Shown here: positions 31,733 to 42,213 of the stretch, in pieces
How positions within the stretch are numbered: position 1 is the first letter of the stretch
How the letters are laid out: every line of letters starts with the position of its first letter
Source of the DNA: Actinomycetota bacterium
GTDB lineage: Bacteria; Actinomycetota; Acidimicrobiia; Acidimicrobiales; Ilumatobacteraceae
Length of the DNA: 64,000 nt
Assembly (NCBI GenBank): GCA_030645675.1
Contig: JAUSLQ010000102.1
Coordinates: 1,727 to 65,726, forward strand
Direction: 5' to 3'
The notes under the pieces: model-generated
The model's database searches: none
What the model was told of the DNA's origin: nothing
The model's input: only the letters and a program-made list of their open reading frames with translations
Translations under genes and position numbers: made by a program

Positions 31733-33535
31733 TCAGCAGAACTCGAGGCCGGTGAACTCCCCCGTGCTGCGCCACCTCGCGATGTAGTCGAAGTAGGCCA
31801 CCGGGCCGTCGGGGTAGCCGCTCGCCCCCAGGCGCTCCTTGCGGCCGATGGGCCCGCCCTCGTTGTTGTAGTAGCCGGGGGTGCAGTCGGGGTTGCCACC
31901 GAACGATCGCGGGTTGGTCTCCAGCAGTTCGATCCACCCGCGTTCCGCGGCGGCGGTGGCCTCCACCTGGTCGGCACCCACCGCCAGCGCATGGCCGACG
32001 ATCGCTGCGATGGTGGAGCCGGCCTCGGTGAGGTTCTGAGTGATGTTCGAGATCAGGTTCGCGCCCTGGCTTGGCCCGACGATGAACAGGTTGGGGAAGC
32101 CGTGCACGTTCATGCCGTGCAGGCTCCGCATGCCCTCGGCCCAGTGCTGCGTCAGCGTCTCGCCGCCGCGGCCCGTGGTCTCGAAACCGGCTCGCCGGGC
32201 AGCGGCCGTGCCGACCTCGAAACCACTCGCCAAGATCAGGCAGTCGAGCTCGTAGTGCACACCGTTCACCCAGGCGCCGGTCTCGTCGATGCGCTCCACG
32301 CCCTTGCCGTCGGTGTCCACCAAGTGGCAGCCCGGCTCGTTGTACGCCTGCAGGTACTCGTCGTGGAAGCACGGCCGCTTGCACAGCTGGCGGTACCACG
32401 GCTTCAGCGCCTCCGCCGTGGCCGGGTCGCACACGATCTCGTCGACACGCGCCCGGATCTCGGTCATCTTCTCGTCGTCGCTCTCCTCGTAGGCGCGCAA
32501 CAACGACTCGGGGCTGAGGTCGCCACCGTTCGCGAGGTTGGCCACGACGCGGTCGCGGATGCGCTTGGCGATGTCGGTCCAGCCGTCCTTCACGAGGTCT
32601 TCGTCGGCGAACCCGCCCGATTGCAGGGTGGCGAAGTTCACCAGCCATCGCTGCTGCCAGCCGGGCTGCAGCGTGGCGAACCACTCCGGGTCGATGGGGT
32701 GGTTGTTGCGCACGTCGATCGACGACGGGGTGCGCTGGAAGACGTACAGCTCCTTCGCATCGCGCGCCAGGTGGGGGATGCACTGCACCGCCGTGGCACC
32801 GGTACCGATGATGCCCACCTGCTTCTCGGCCAACCGCGCCATCCGCCCACCGGCAGGGTCGCCGCCCGTGTACTCGTAGTCCCAGCGGCTGGTGTGGAAC
32901 GCGTGGCCGATGAACGTCTCGATTCCGGGGATGCCGGGCAACTTCGGCCGGTGCAGCGGCCCGGTGCCCATCGCCACGAACCTGGCGCGCATGCGGTCAC
33001 CGCGGTCGGTGTGGATGACCCAGCGCGACGTCTGGTCGTCCCACTCCAGCAACGTCACGCGGGTGGAGAACACGGCGTTGTCGTACAACCCGAACGTGGT
33101 GGCGATGCGTCTCGCCTGCCCGTGGATCTCGGGTGCGAACACGTACTTCATGCTGGGCATGTGCCCGGTCTCTTCCAGCAGCGGCAGGTAGACCATCGCA
33201 GCCGTGTCGCACATCGCACCGGGGTAGCGGTTCCAGTACCACGCGCCGCCGAAGTCGCCACCACCTTCGATGATGCGCACGTCGTCGATGCCGGCCTGCT
33301 TGAGGCGGGCACCGGTGCACAGGCCGGAGAAGCCGCCGCCGATGAACGCGACCGTGACATCGTCGAACAGAGGCTCGCGTTCCACTCGCACGGTGTACGG
33401 GTCGTCGAGGAAGTGGGCGAAGCGGCCCGTGGGCTCGATGTACTGCTGGTTGCCCTCGGAGCGCAGTCGCTTGTCGCGTTCCGCTCGGTACTTGGCCCGG
33501 AGGGCCGCAGGGTCGGTCTGCTCCGCAGCGCTCAT
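31733..33535 (-). CDS. Baeyer-Villiger (type I flavin/NADPH-dependent) monooxygenase
   Basis: 600 aa with FAD motif FIGGGFSGLCTG, GGAWYWNRYPGAMCD, BVMO fingerprint FIGHAFHTSRWD, and a second Rossmann motif VGIIGTGATAVQ. Confidence 0.9.
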   Translation of the reverse strand: MSAAEQTDPAALRAKYRAERDKRLRSEGNQQYIEPTGRFAHFLDDPYTVRVEREPLFDDVTVAFIGGGFSGLCTGARLKQAGIDDVRIIEGGGDFGGAWYWNRYPGAMCDTAAMVYLPLLEETGHMPSMKYVFAPEIHGQARRIATTFGLYDNAVFSTRVTLLEWDDQTSRWVIHTDRGDRMRARFVAMGTGPLHRPKLPGIPGIETFIGHAFHTSRWDYEYTGGDPAGGRMARLAEKQVGIIGTGATAVQCIPHLARDAKELYVFQRTPSSIDVRNNHPIDPEWFATLQPGWQQRWLVNFATLQSGGFADEDLVKDGWTDIAKRIRDRVVANLANGGDLSPESLLRAYEESDDEKMTEIRARVDEIVCDPATAEALKPWYRQLCKRPCFHDEYLQAYNEPGCHLVDTDGKGVERIDETGAWVNGVHYELDCLILASGFEVGTAAARRAGFETTGRGGETLTQHWAEGMRSLHGMNVHGFPNLFIVGPSQGANLISNITQNLTEAGSTIAAIVGHALAVGADQVEATAAAERGWIELLETNPRSFGGNPDCTPGYYNNEGGPIGRKERLGASGYPDGPVAYFDYIARWRSTGEFTGLEFC

Positions 33536-33650
33536 GCGGGCGATGGTAGGTGTGAATCAGCGTCGCGCTGCGGTCGGACGGACGCAGTGGTATCCAGCAC
33601 CGCGCGACCGACTCTGTGGTGCGACACACGCGCCAACGAGGAGGCCGCAG

Positions 33651-36074
33651 ATGGGCACCGGACGTTTCAAGAACGGCAAGTTCGACCTCACGGTGGTGGC
33701 GAACTTCGTCATGTCGGCGGGCGACGTCACCGAGTGGGAGCGCGGCCTGAAGAAGGCCTCGGAGCTCTTCTGGGATGCGTCGGAGGGGCAGATCCAGTTC
33801 GGCCGCATCTTCGTCAGCGACGATTCGGTGGGCATCGACACGGCGGAGATGATCCTGCATGCCGCGGGCGACCCCAGCTACGGCACCTGGGGCCTGTTCG
33901 GCCAGCCGGGGCAGGCGTTGCACCTGATGCCCTACGTCAAGCGCCAGCCCCTCACCGTGCTGCACGAGATGGGCCATCACGTGTGGGCACTGGGCGAGGA
34001 GTACGCCGGGCCGGCCGCCTTCGACCGCATCGACACCAGCGTCGCGCCGGCCAACAACTCGACGATCCCACTGGTCGGCAGCACGTTCGCCGCCGGCACG
34101 TTGGTCGGCGCCAGCGTGATCCTGAAGTTCGGCGCCGTGCTGGAACGAAAGACCATCACGGCCAACACCACCACGTCGCTGACGGTGGCCTCCGCGTTCT
34201 CCCAGTCGCCCGTCAACGACGACGACGGCTGGGTGCAGTACCAGTTCGCGGCCGAGTGCGCGACTGCAGCCAACTCGCGCTTCTGCATCATGGAGAAGAG
34301 CCGCAACGCGGCGGGCGAGTTCAACGCCGCCGGCACCTGGGTGCCGGCGACCAACCCGGTGGTGGAGTTCTGCAGCGACTCCAACCACGACCCCGACGGC
34401 GACACCCAGCAGGAGGACCGCAACAGCGACTCGTGCTGGCAGACCATCGCCGCCCGCACCGGCTACACCGGCCTGACAGTACCGAACCCTGCCGCGGCCG
34501 GGCCGGCCACGGGCTTCACCGTGCCCTCGTGGATCGTGCTGGACAAGCAGCCGCGCTTCGCGGTGGTGTTCGACCGGTCGGGTTCGATGTCGGCGGGCAA
34601 CAAGATGGCCGACGCACACCACGGCGCCACCTACTGGCTGGAGTTCTGCGCGCTGGCCGACGACCTGCTGACCGTCGTCGCCTACGACCACGCCATCGAC
34701 GTGGTGGTGCCGCTGACGCAGGTGAGCACACTGGCCCCGCTGACGAACGAGATCGCGGCCATCGAAGCGCTCGGCCCGCGAGGTGCCACCGACATCCGCG
34801 ACGCGCTGTTCTCCGCCCGCTCGCAGATCATCGGGCCGCCCACCCGGGCCGCCGTGCAGGTCGCGCTGCTGCTCACCGACGGCATCCACAACACGCCGCC
34901 CGGTTCGTCGCCCACCGAGGTGCTGCCCAGCTTCCAGGACGACGGCATCCGCATCTACGCCCTGGGCGTGGGCAGCCCGGCGACGGTGGACATGACCCCG
35001 CTGAACGCGCTGGCCACGGGCACCGGTGGCCGTTCGTACGCGGTGGGCGACAACCAGCCCGGCCAGATCGAGGCGGCAATGGTCGAGATCAACGCCGAGG
35101 TGCGCGGCGGCATCATCACCACCTCGCCGGTGCTGTTCCCCGACAGCCGAGGCAGCACGCTGGACAAGTTCCTCGCGCCGTTCGTCGGCGAGCGGCGCAA
35201 GCCGCTGCCGCCCGAAAAGCGCCCTCGGCTGGAGGAGGTCCTGAAGGCCGCGCGTGTCGCCGACATCGACCGGCTGCGGGCGCGGCGTGGGCGGGCGGCC
35301 CACCCGCGTCTGGTGGCCATCCCCGTCGACGTGGAAGACGGCACCGCTCGCGCCTCGTTCGCCACGACTCACCCCGACACCACCGACCTGTGGTTGTACC
35401 TGGTCGACCCGGCAGGCAACGTGGCCGACCCGGCCGACCCGGCGGTGCACCACGTGGCCAGCCCCGCCCCACATGAGTTCATCGTGGTCGACGGGCCGAT
35501 GCCCGGCCGCTGGTACGTGGTGGCGGTGCGCATCCGGCCTGGCGCGGCCACCACGGCACGCTTCGTGGCCGGCGGCGAGAACCCCTCGTTGCAGGTGTTC
35601 GGCTGGGCCACTCCGGCCGTGCAGTCGGGCTCGCCGGCCATGCTGCATGCGTCGGCCCGCTGGCTGCACCAGCTGACCGGCCTGCGCATCACCGCCGAGG
35701 TGCACGACCCCCTTGGTACGACGCGCACCGTGGTGCTCACCGACAACGGCGTGCCGCGCGACGGCACCGGCCAGTTCGAGGCAGCGATCGCGACCACGGT
35801 GGACGGCCGCTACACGGGCCTGATCACCGTGTCGCACCTGGGCGACGCGCAGATCGCGGATGCCTCGACGCTGATGCTGCACAGCGCGAAGGACGAGCTG
35901 TCGGCAGAGGTGAAGGTGCCCCCGTTCGTGCGCCAGATCCCGTTCTCGTTCGAGGTCGGCTCACCCAGGGACATCAAGGACGAGGAAGACCCTCAGCGGT
36001 GGGAGATCCCCGAAGTGCGGGTGCACCCCAAGCCCGACCGCAAGGTGGTGTCCGCCAAGCTGCGCCGCCGCTGA
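33651..36074 (+). CDS. Zinc metalloprotease (HExxH) fused to a von Willebrand factor A domain and a C-terminal beta-rich region; CLCA-like architecture
   Basis: ATG at 33651, 7 nt after GAGGAGG. The zinc site is LHEMGHHVWALGEEY, followed by a Cys-containing segment (CIMEKS, FCSDSNHDPDGD, SCWQ). The VWA MIDAS motif is VVFDRSGSMS, with later LLTDG. No obvious N-terminal signal peptide. Confidence 0.75.
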   Translation: MGTGRFKNGKFDLTVVANFVMSAGDVTEWERGLKKASELFWDASEGQIQFGRIFVSDDSVGIDTAEMILHAAGDPSYGTWGLFGQPGQALHLMPYVKRQPLTVLHEMGHHVWALGEEYAGPAAFDRIDTSVAPANNSTIPLVGSTFAAGTLVGASVILKFGAVLERKTITANTTTSLTVASAFSQSPVNDDDGWVQYQFAAECATAANSRFCIMEKSRNAAGEFNAAGTWVPATNPVVEFCSDSNHDPDGDTQQEDRNSDSCWQTIAARTGYTGLTVPNPAAAGPATGFTVPSWIVLDKQPRFAVVFDRSGSMSAGNKMADAHHGATYWLEFCALADDLLTVVAYDHAIDVVVPLTQVSTLAPLTNEIAAIEALGPRGATDIRDALFSARSQIIGPPTRAAVQVALLLTDGIHNTPPGSSPTEVLPSFQDDGIRIYALGVGSPATVDMTPLNALATGTGGRSYAVGDNQPGQIEAAMVEINAEVRGGIITTSPVLFPDSRGSTLDKFLAPFVGERRKPLPPEKRPRLEEVLKAARVADIDRLRARRGRAAHPRLVAIPVDVEDGTARASFATTHPDTTDLWLYLVDPAGNVADPADPAVHHVASPAPHEFIVVDGPMPGRWYVVAVRIRPGAATTARFVAGGENPSLQVFGWATPAVQSGSPAMLHASARWLHQLTGLRITAEVHDPLGTTRTVVLTDNGVPRDGTGQFEAAIATTVDGRYTGLITVSHLGDAQIADASTLMLHSAKDELSAEVKVPPFVRQIPFSFEVGSPRDIKDEEDPQRWEIPEVRVHPKPDRKVVSAKLRRR

Positions 36075-36124
36075 CACGGGTGGGCGCCGTTACCGCTCGG
36101 TCGATACAACCCCGATACAAGCGT

Positions 36125-37030
36125 TCAACGGGGCCCGGAGACTGCGCCGCTGAGGCGGCGGGCGCCGAGGTGCACCTTGTGCACACTGGCCACGGGTTCC
36201 AGGAACATCAGCGGGCAGGCGCCCGGCACCGTCTGGAAGCCGTGGGTGCGGCACAGCGCCAACGTGCGCCGGCTGACCGCGCCCTGGCCTGCGCCCCTGA
36301 ACAGCCAGACGTGCTCCACGCCCTTTGCCCCGCACTCCTCCACCGCCCCTGCCGCATCGTCGCCCGTGAGCATGATCATCACGGCGTCGATGTCGTCGGG
36401 GAGGTCGGCGATGCGGCGCACGCACGCGATGCCCTCCACCTCGCCGGCCCGCGGGTTCACCGGCACCACCTCGTGGCCGGCATCGCGCAACGCACGGAAG
36501 ATCACGTTGCCGAACTTCTTCGGGTCGGCCGACGCACCCACCAACGCGATCCGGTCGTGCGCGAGGAAGCGCTGCGCGGTGGCCGCATCCACCACTTCGC
36601 GCCCGACACCACGGGTGCGCCAACCGGCGACCGCGAACGCCGCGCCGACCACGATGTACAGCGGCTGGAAGAAGCTGAACTGGCGGATGATCAGCATCTG
36701 CACCACGATCCACGCGATCACCAGCGCGCCGACGCAGACCGCGGAGATGCCCGTGCTCGCCCGGCCTCGCGCAGCCCGCGCGGCCAGCACGGTGAACGGC
36801 ACCGCCACCCACAGGGCCAACGCGATGCCACCGAGCACAGGACTGTCGAACGGCAGCCGCCGCTCGATGTCGCCGAGCGACAGGAAGCCGCCGATCAGCC
36901 CGGCGGCACCTCCCCACGCGCTCAGCGCGGCTACTCCGGCGGCGATCGCCATGCCCATGCGCGGTGGCATGCGAACGGGTGCTACGGGTTCTGGGGCGGC
37001 GTGCATGATGCCCTCCTCGGCCGTCATCAT
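36125..37030 (-). CDS. Membrane-anchored CoA-binding (YccU/Rossmann-like) domain protein
   Basis: The C-terminal half, IALVGASADPKKFGNVIFRALRDAGHEVVPVNPRAGEVEGI ... VWLFRGAG, matches the CoA_binding_2 pattern. The N-terminal half has about 4 hydrophobic segments. The start is uncertain: ATG at 37030 is preferred over 37120, whose first 30 aa are Arg-rich. Confidence 0.6.
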   Translation of the reverse strand: MMTAEEGIMHAAPEPVAPVRMPPRMGMAIAAGVAALSAWGGAAGLIGGFLSLGDIERRLPFDSPVLGGIALALWVAVPFTVLAARAARGRASTGISAVCVGALVIAWIVVQMLIIRQFSFFQPLYIVVGAAFAVAGWRTRGVGREVVDAATAQRFLAHDRIALVGASADPKKFGNVIFRALRDAGHEVVPVNPRAGEVEGIACVRRIADLPDDIDAVMIMLTGDDAAGAVEECGAKGVEHVWLFRGAGQGAVSRRTLALCRTHGFQTVPGACPLMFLEPVASVHKVHLGARRLSGAVSGPR

Positions 37031-37247
37031 CGTCCGCCCGCAGCGGCTCGCGATGCAGGGGCCAACGTCCCGACGCGGGGCGCGGCCGCCCACGCGAAGG
37101 ACACGCAGTGCGCGATTCACACGGTTCGCGCGGATGTCAAACGCGCTCCGCGGTCCTCGCTTGCGAAGTCGCTGAGGTCCCCTTTACGGAGCTGTCTCGG
37201 CGGGTTTATGGTCGTCGGTACTGAGTCGATTACCAGGAGGTGCGGTT

Positions 37248-40200
37248 GTGGTCGTTTCCGTCCAGTTGAACCGGTGGGGGAAGTCGCCCACGCGGCGGCG
37301 GGCCCGCAGTCTTGGTGTGCTGGCCGCGGCCGCACTGATCGCCGGTGTCGTCCCTCTCCAGGCCAGCGCCGCCCCGTCGGGTGTCGGCCATCCGTCGCCC
37401 TCCGGGCCTTCACCGGTGCTGTTCTTCGCGGCCGACGGCCTGCGCCAAGACCTGGTCGAGCGGTACGCCGACGACGGCGTCGTACCTGGCTTCAAGGATC
37501 TGCTGCGCAACGGCGCCAAGGCCGCCGGTAACGGCTTGCTCACCCAGGCCCCACCCAACACGGGTGCCGGGTGGTACTCACTCGCGTCCGGCGCCTGGCC
37601 GGCGGTCACCGGCTCCACCAACAACACGTTCCACGTCAACGGCCAGCCGTTCGCCAACCGCACCGCGGCATTCGACCCGGGCGTGCTGCAGGCCGAGACC
37701 ATTGCCCAGTCTGCCGAGCGCGGCGGGCTGAAGGTGGCCCAGATCGAATGGGCCGGCGGGCGCGGCGCCAGCATTTCGGGCCCCACGCTGGACTACCGCA
37801 CGTTCCTCTCGGGGCGCGGCATCGCCACCAACTACATCTCGCCCACCGACCTGGCGAACTTCGTCGCCGCCTTCGGGCTGCAGTACGACCACCCGGCCGG
37901 GTTCGCCGGTCAAGCAGCGTTCCCAGGGGCCGCGCCCGCGCCGGCCGCCGGGTGGACCAACGTGCCCACCTCGTACAGCCCGGCGCAGGAGATGCGGCTG
38001 CGGGTGCTCGACTTCGGCACCGACAAGTACGGCCTGAACGCGTACATCTACGACCCCACCAACGACCACCGCGTCAACTACACCCGCGTGCTGTTCTCGC
38101 CCACCAAGTCGGGCACCGACAAGGTGGCCGACCTGCGCGAGGGCCAGTGGGCCGACGTGAAGGTCACCGTGCAGGGCGGCGCCCTGGCCGGCAAGACCGC
38201 AGCGATGCTGCTGAAGGTCGAGCGGCTGGCCCGCGACCTGTCGCAGGTGCGCCTGTTCCACACCTCCGTGACACGAGCGATCGCCACCTGGCCCACGTGG
38301 CCCGGCGAGCCCGGCTTCACCGGCTCGTTCGAGGACTACGTGGCGGCCACCTTCCCGTCGTCGCAGGCAGCCGACTTCGCCGTGCTGGAGGCCGGCATCG
38401 TCAGCGAAGACACCTACGTCGAGCAGGGCCTGTACTGGGAGAAGTCGTACCACCCGATCATCAAGTACGTGCTGAACAAGTACAAGCCGGACCTGGCGTT
38501 GGTGGGTTACCCGGTCACCGACGAGTTCCAGCACCAGTTCCTCGGCCTGGTCACCAAGAAGCTGATCAACGGCGCCCCCAACCCGGCGTACGACGACGTC
38601 GAGGTGAACGGCACCCCCGACGGTCGCGTGCGCCCGCGCGAGCAGTACATGCGGCGGGCCTACATGGGCGCCGATTCCACCATGCGCCTGGCGCAGGGCC
38701 TGCTCGACCAACGTTCACGTCACAGCGGGTCGAAGCTCACCACGTTCGTCGCCAGCGACCACGGCTTCGCGCCGCAGTTCGCTGCCATCGACGCCAGCAA
38801 GGTGCTGGTCGACATGGGGCTGCTCTCGCGGCCGCAGACGTCGAACTGCCGCCCGGCCACGGGCGAGACGATCGGCAAGGCCAAGGCCTGCTGGGCGGGC
38901 GGTGCGGTGCAGATCTACCTGAACCTGGCCGGCCGCGACCCCGCGGGTGGCGGGCTGGTACAGGTAGCAGCCGCTGACGAAGCGGCCACGGTCGCAGCGA
39001 TCAAAGCTGCGTTCCTGGCGCTCGCCGACCCCAACGACTGGACCGGCGACGGTGCAGCCGAGGGCTGGAAGGTGATCGACCGGGTGTACACCAAGGCCGA
39101 AGCCCGCTACATCCCCAACGGCCCGGGCAGCACCGCCAACATGGCGCACCCGACCCGCACCGGTGATGTCGTGGCGTTCTCCTACCCGCCGTACCAGTTC
39201 GACGCCGCCACGCCGGGCACGCTGATCGCCCGGTCGGCGTTCTTCGGGCAGCACGGCTACGTGCCCGACGTGCAGAACCTGGGCGCCAACGTCAACATGC
39301 GGGCCACCTTCCTGGCCGGCGGTGCTGGCATCCGGCACACGACGGTGCAGGGTGTGCGCACGATCGACATCGCGCCCACCATCGCCTTCCTGCTGCGTGT
39401 TCCCGAGCCGCAGCAGAGCCAGGGCGTGGTGCTGCTCAACGCGCTCAGCAACGGCAACTCCTTCAAGCCGATCTCCGTGGTCGGGCTCACCGACTTCCAC
39501 GGCCAACTGGAGCCCTCCACGACCGTGATCGACGGGCGCAACGTGTCGGTGGGCGGCGCCGCCCAGCTGGCCACGATGTTCGACGAGGAAGCTGCCCGGC
39601 TGCCCGGGCAGACCATGCTGCTCGCCTCGGGCGACAACGTCGGCGCCTCACCGCCGAACTCGGCACTGCTGGACGACATGCCGGCCATCGACGTGGAGAA
39701 CGCCTGGGGCCTCGACGCCACCAGCTACGGCAACCACGAGTTCGACTACGGCGTTGCCCGCCTGCTGGCCCACCAGGATCGGGCCGACTTCCCCTTCCTC
39801 GCGTCCAACATCGTGGAGACGTCCACCGGCCTGCCACCCGCGTGGGTGAAGACGTCGGCGGTGTTCACCGTCAACGGCATCAAGGTGGGTGTCATCGGTG
39901 CCAACGTGGAGAACACGCCCGAGCTGGTCTCGGCGGGCAACACCGCCGGACTGTCGTTCCTCGACGAAGCCGAACGCATCCACATGGAGTCCGAGCGTCT
40001 GCGCGCGCTGGGTGTGAAGGTGCAGATCGTGGTCATCCACAACGGTGCCAACACCGGTGCCAACGCGATCGACGGCAACCCGGCACAGCCATGGGCGGGG
40101 CCGATCGTCGACATCGTCAACCAGCTGCAGGACACCACCATCGACCTGGTGTTGGCCGGGCACACCCACCGCATCGCGAACACGATGGTGGGGCACATCC

Positions 40201-41018
40201 CGGTGGCCGAGGGAGCGAACGCCGGCGGCAGCTACTCGGTGGCGCAGATGATGGTCAGCGGTGGCGACGTGGTCTGGACCGGCACGGCGACACGGGTGGC
40301 GGTGAACCTCGGCGTCGCCCAGCGTGCCGACGTGAAGGCGATCGTCGACGACGCCAACGCCCAGACGGCTGTGCTGCGCAACCAGGTCGTGGGCAGCCAG
40401 TCCATCGACATCATGCGCGACCCGGCCCGATTGGCCGAGTCGGCGATGGGCAACTTGGTGGCCGACGCGATGCTCGAGAAGTACCCGGGCATCGACGCCG
40501 CGCTCACCAACTCGGGCGGCCTGCGCGCCAACCTCCTGATGGCTCCGCCCAGTGCGGGTGAAGCCGTCGGCCAGATCACCTGGGGTGAGGTGTTCGCAGT
40601 GCTGCCCTTCGGCAACCGCACGGTGATCGAGACGATCACCGGCGCCCAGTTGCAGGCCGCGCTCCTCAACGGCTTCGCGCCGTCGTGCGACCCGGCCTTC
40701 CCCGGCGGCACAGGGCGTTCGCCACAGGTGTCGGGCCTGGTGATCAACTTCACGTGCTCGGGCACCACGCCGGTGGTGACGGCCATGTACAAGGCACCCG
40801 ACGGCCCGTTGGGCACCCTGACACCCATCGGCCCGGCCGACACCGTGCGCATCGTCACCAACGACTTCATGTACACCGCCGGCGACGGCTACACCGCGTT
40901 GACCGGTGGCACCGATGTGCTGCAGCCGGGCGACGCACTGCTCGACATCGTGGTGGACTACATCGCCCTCCACTCGCCGGTCGCCCCGGTGGTGCAAGGG
41001 CGCATCGTCAAGTCATAG
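37248..41018 (+). CDS. Secreted bifunctional phosphoesterase: N-terminal type I phosphodiesterase/nucleotide pyrophosphatase (alkaline-phosphatase superfamily) fused to a C-terminal metallophosphatase/5'-nucleotidase (1256 aa)
   Basis: GTG at 37248 after AGGAGG. The signal peptide is [32 protein letters not shown]-like motifs are [29 protein letters not shown] and ASDHGF. 5'-nucleotidase motifs are [29 protein letters not shown] and AGHTHR. The C-terminal substrate-binding domain contains NSGGLRA. Confidence 0.8.
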   Translation: MVVSVQLNRWGKSPTRRRARSLGVLAAAALIAGVVPLQASAAPSGVGHPSPSGPSPVLFFAADGLRQDLVERYADDGVVPGFKDLLRNGAKAAGNGLLTQAPPNTGAGWYSLASGAWPAVTGSTNNTFHVNGQPFANRTAAFDPGVLQAETIAQSAERGGLKVAQIEWAGGRGASISGPTLDYRTFLSGRGIATNYISPTDLANFVAAFGLQYDHPAGFAGQAAFPGAAPAPAAGWTNVPTSYSPAQEMRLRVLDFGTDKYGLNAYIYDPTNDHRVNYTRVLFSPTKSGTDKVADLREGQWADVKVTVQGGALAGKTAAMLLKVERLARDLSQVRLFHTSVTRAIATWPTWPGEPGFTGSFEDYVAATFPSSQAADFAVLEAGIVSEDTYVEQGLYWEKSYHPIIKYVLNKYKPDLALVGYPVTDEFQHQFLGLVTKKLINGAPNPAYDDVEVNGTPDGRVRPREQYMRRAYMGADSTMRLAQGLLDQRSRHSGSKLTTFVASDHGFAPQFAAIDASKVLVDMGLLSRPQTSNCRPATGETIGKAKACWAGGAVQIYLNLAGRDPAGGGLVQVAAADEAATVAAIKAAFLALADPNDWTGDGAAEGWKVIDRVYTKAEARYIPNGPGSTANMAHPTRTGDVVAFSYPPYQFDAATPGTLIARSAFFGQHGYVPDVQNLGANVNMRATFLAGGAGIRHTTVQGVRTIDIAPTIAFLLRVPEPQQSQGVVLLNALSNGNSFKPISVVGLTDFHGQLEPSTTVIDGRNVSVGGAAQLATMFDEEAARLPGQTMLLASGDNVGASPPNSALLDDMPAIDVENAWGLDATSYGNHEFDYGVARLLAHQDRADFPFLASNIVETSTGLPPAWVKTSAVFTVNGIKVGVIGANVENTPELVSAGNTAGLSFLDEAERIHMESERLRALGVKVQIVVIHNGANTGANAIDGNPAQPWAGPIVDIVNQLQDTTIDLVLAGHTHRIANTMVGHIPVAEGANAGGSYSVAQMMVSGGDVVWTGTATRVAVNLGVAQRADVKAIVDDANAQTAVLRNQVVGSQSIDIMRDPARLAESAMGNLVADAMLEKYPGIDAALTNSGGLRANLLMAPPSAGEAVGQITWGEVFAVLPFGNRTVIETITGAQLQAALLNGFAPSCDPAFPGGTGRSPQVSGLVINFTCSGTTPVVTAMYKAPDGPLGTLTPIGPADTVRIVTNDFMYTAGDGYTALTGGTDVLQPGDALLDIVVDYIALHSPVAPVVQGRIVKS

Positions 41019-41041
41019 GCGTGCAGTCCGTCAGCGTGTCG

Positions 41042-41073
41042 TCGCCACGCCCCTCAGCCGGGGCGTGGCGACC
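41042..41073 (+). terminator. Perfect 13-bp stem / 6-nt loop GC-rich hairpin 24 nt downstream of the phosphoesterase stop
   Basis: gtcgccacgcccc-tcagcc-ggggcgtggcgac. There is no U-tract, as is common in high-GC actinobacteria. Confidence 0.5.
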
Positions 41074-41184
41074 GCTCGCGTGAAACTTGCGCGGCGAGCC
41101 AAACCTTCGCGCTGACTGCGTCGTGCCTTCTGCGAACTCACCGACTCACCGCCGGTCGGCCATTCGCACAAGGAGCAGCACGAC

Positions 41185-41811
41185 ATGAGCATTCGCACCC
41201 GCCTGGGCAACCGCACCGCCATCATCATCGCCGGGACGATCGGCTTCGCCGCCGGTGGCGCAGGGTTGGCCGCCGCCGCCCTGTCCGAGACCTTCGCCAC
41301 CGAGACCACGGTCCCGGACGTCTCCACCCCCACCGTGTCGACGCCCGGCTCGTCAGCACCCGACAACTCGGCGCCCGACAGCTCCGCACCGGACAGTTCG
41401 GCACCTGACTCGTCAGCACCCGACAACTCGGCGCCCGACAGCTCCGCACCGGACAGTTCGGCGCCCGACTCGTCCGCACCCGACAACTCGGCACCGGACA
41501 ACTCCGCTCCCGACAACTCCGCCCCGGGCGGCTCCGCTCCCGACAACTCGATGCCGAACAACTCGACGCCGGGCCGGCCGCTGCCGGCACCGTTCACCAA
41601 GACCTACTCGTCGGCAGGCGGCTCCATCACCGTCACGTGGGACGGCAACTCGTTCCACCTCGACTCGGTCGACCCCGCCGACGGCTTCCAGGCCGACATC
41701 CACGACAACGAGGCGGATCGCATCCGGGTCGACTTCGAGGGCGACGACGACGCCCGCATCGAGGTGCGCATCAGCGACGACGACAACTCCGTCCGGGTGC
41801 GCATCGACTGA
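41185..41811 (+). CDS. Membrane-anchored/secreted protein with a (SAPD[NS])n pentapeptide-repeat linker and a small C-terminal beta domain
   Basis: ATG at 41185 after AAGGAG. N-terminal hydrophobic segment TAIIIAGTIGFAAGGAGLAAAAL, about 13 SAPDN/SAPDS units, then YSSAGGSITVTWDGNSFHLDSVDPADGFQADIHDNEADRIRVDFEGDD. Confidence 0.7.
   Translation: MSIRTRLGNRTAIIIAGTIGFAAGGAGLAAAALSETFATETTVPDVSTPTVSTPGSSAPDNSAPDSSAPDSSAPDSSAPDNSAPDSSAPDSSAPDSSAPDNSAPDNSAPDNSAPGGSAPDNSMPNNSTPGRPLPAPFTKTYSSAGGSITVTWDGNSFHLDSVDPADGFQADIHDNEADRIRVDFEGDDDARIEVRISDDDNSVRVRID
41353..41565. repeat. 15-bp in-frame tandem repeat array with a near-identical 60-bp higher-order duplication (41353-41412 vs 41413-41472)
   Basis: Direct reading: tcagcacccgacaactcggcgcccgacagctccgcaccggacagttcggc[a/g]cc[t/c]gactcg occurs twice in tandem. 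Confidence 0.9.
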
Positions 41812-41862
41812 ACCACGGAGCACCGACTCACCGCACCGCGCGAGTTGCGCCGGATGGTGCCG

Positions 41863-42213
41863 TCAGAGTGCCAGGATGCCCGCTCTGAGGGTGGCGAGGC
41901 CGGAGGTGCTGATGCAGTAGCGGGTGCGCGGGCCCTCGATCTCGCCCTGGATCAAGCCTGCTTCGCGCAGGATGCGGAGGTGCTCGGAGACCGTTGATTG
42001 GGCGAGGCCGACTTCGGTCACGACATCTCCGGTCACGCATGCCTGGCGACTGTCGAGCATCCGCAAGATCTTGATGCGTGCGGGGTGGGCGAGCGCTTTG
42101 GCCATGACGGCAAGCGTGTCGTCGTCGGGTGCGGCGACGTCCGAGGGGGGTGCGGCGACAGTGCAGCAAGGCTCCTGCGCTGGAGCACGCCGCGTTCGTT
42201 GCTCGGTGGTCAT
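41863..42213 (-). CDS. arsR: ArsR/SmtB-family metalloregulator
   Basis: ATG at 42213 overlaps the acr3 stop as ATGA. The winged-HTH core is LAVMAKALAHPARIKILRML...VGLAQSTVSEHLRILREAGLI. It has an N-terminal Cys pair (EPCCTV) plus a Cys in QACVTGD, as in the Corynebacterium-type As(III) site. Confidence 0.85.
   Translation of the reverse strand: MTTEQRTRRAPAQEPCCTVAAPPSDVAAPDDDTLAVMAKALAHPARIKILRMLDSRQACVTGDVVTEVGLAQSTVSEHLRILREAGLIQGEIEGPRTRYCISTSGLATLRAGILAL

Noticed and set aside
31665-32783. Track ORF 30783..32783 (666 aa), extending the aldo/keto reductase upstream through the BVMO gene.
   Set aside because: The AKR domain starts at MIDRRPFGRTG (31664). The upstream part is low-complexity and overlaps the BVMO frame, which has diagnostic FAD and BVMO fingerprints.
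37031-37120. Longer N-terminus for the CoA-binding membrane protein (start at 37120).
   Set aside because: The first 30 residues (MNRALRVLRVGGRAPRRDVGPCIASRCGRT) are Arg-rich and look non-coding. The internal ATG at 37030 is preferred, but this is not decisive without conservation data.
37105-37140. PHO-box-like direct repeats (gATTCACacGG TTCGCGcGG) upstream of the phosphodiesterase/5'-nucleotidase gene.
   Set aside because: The periodicity is about 10 nt rather than the 11-nt unit of actinobacterial PhoP boxes, and the match to GTTCACC is partial. The site may also lie inside the CoA-binding protein ORF if that gene starts at 37120. It is too weak to call.
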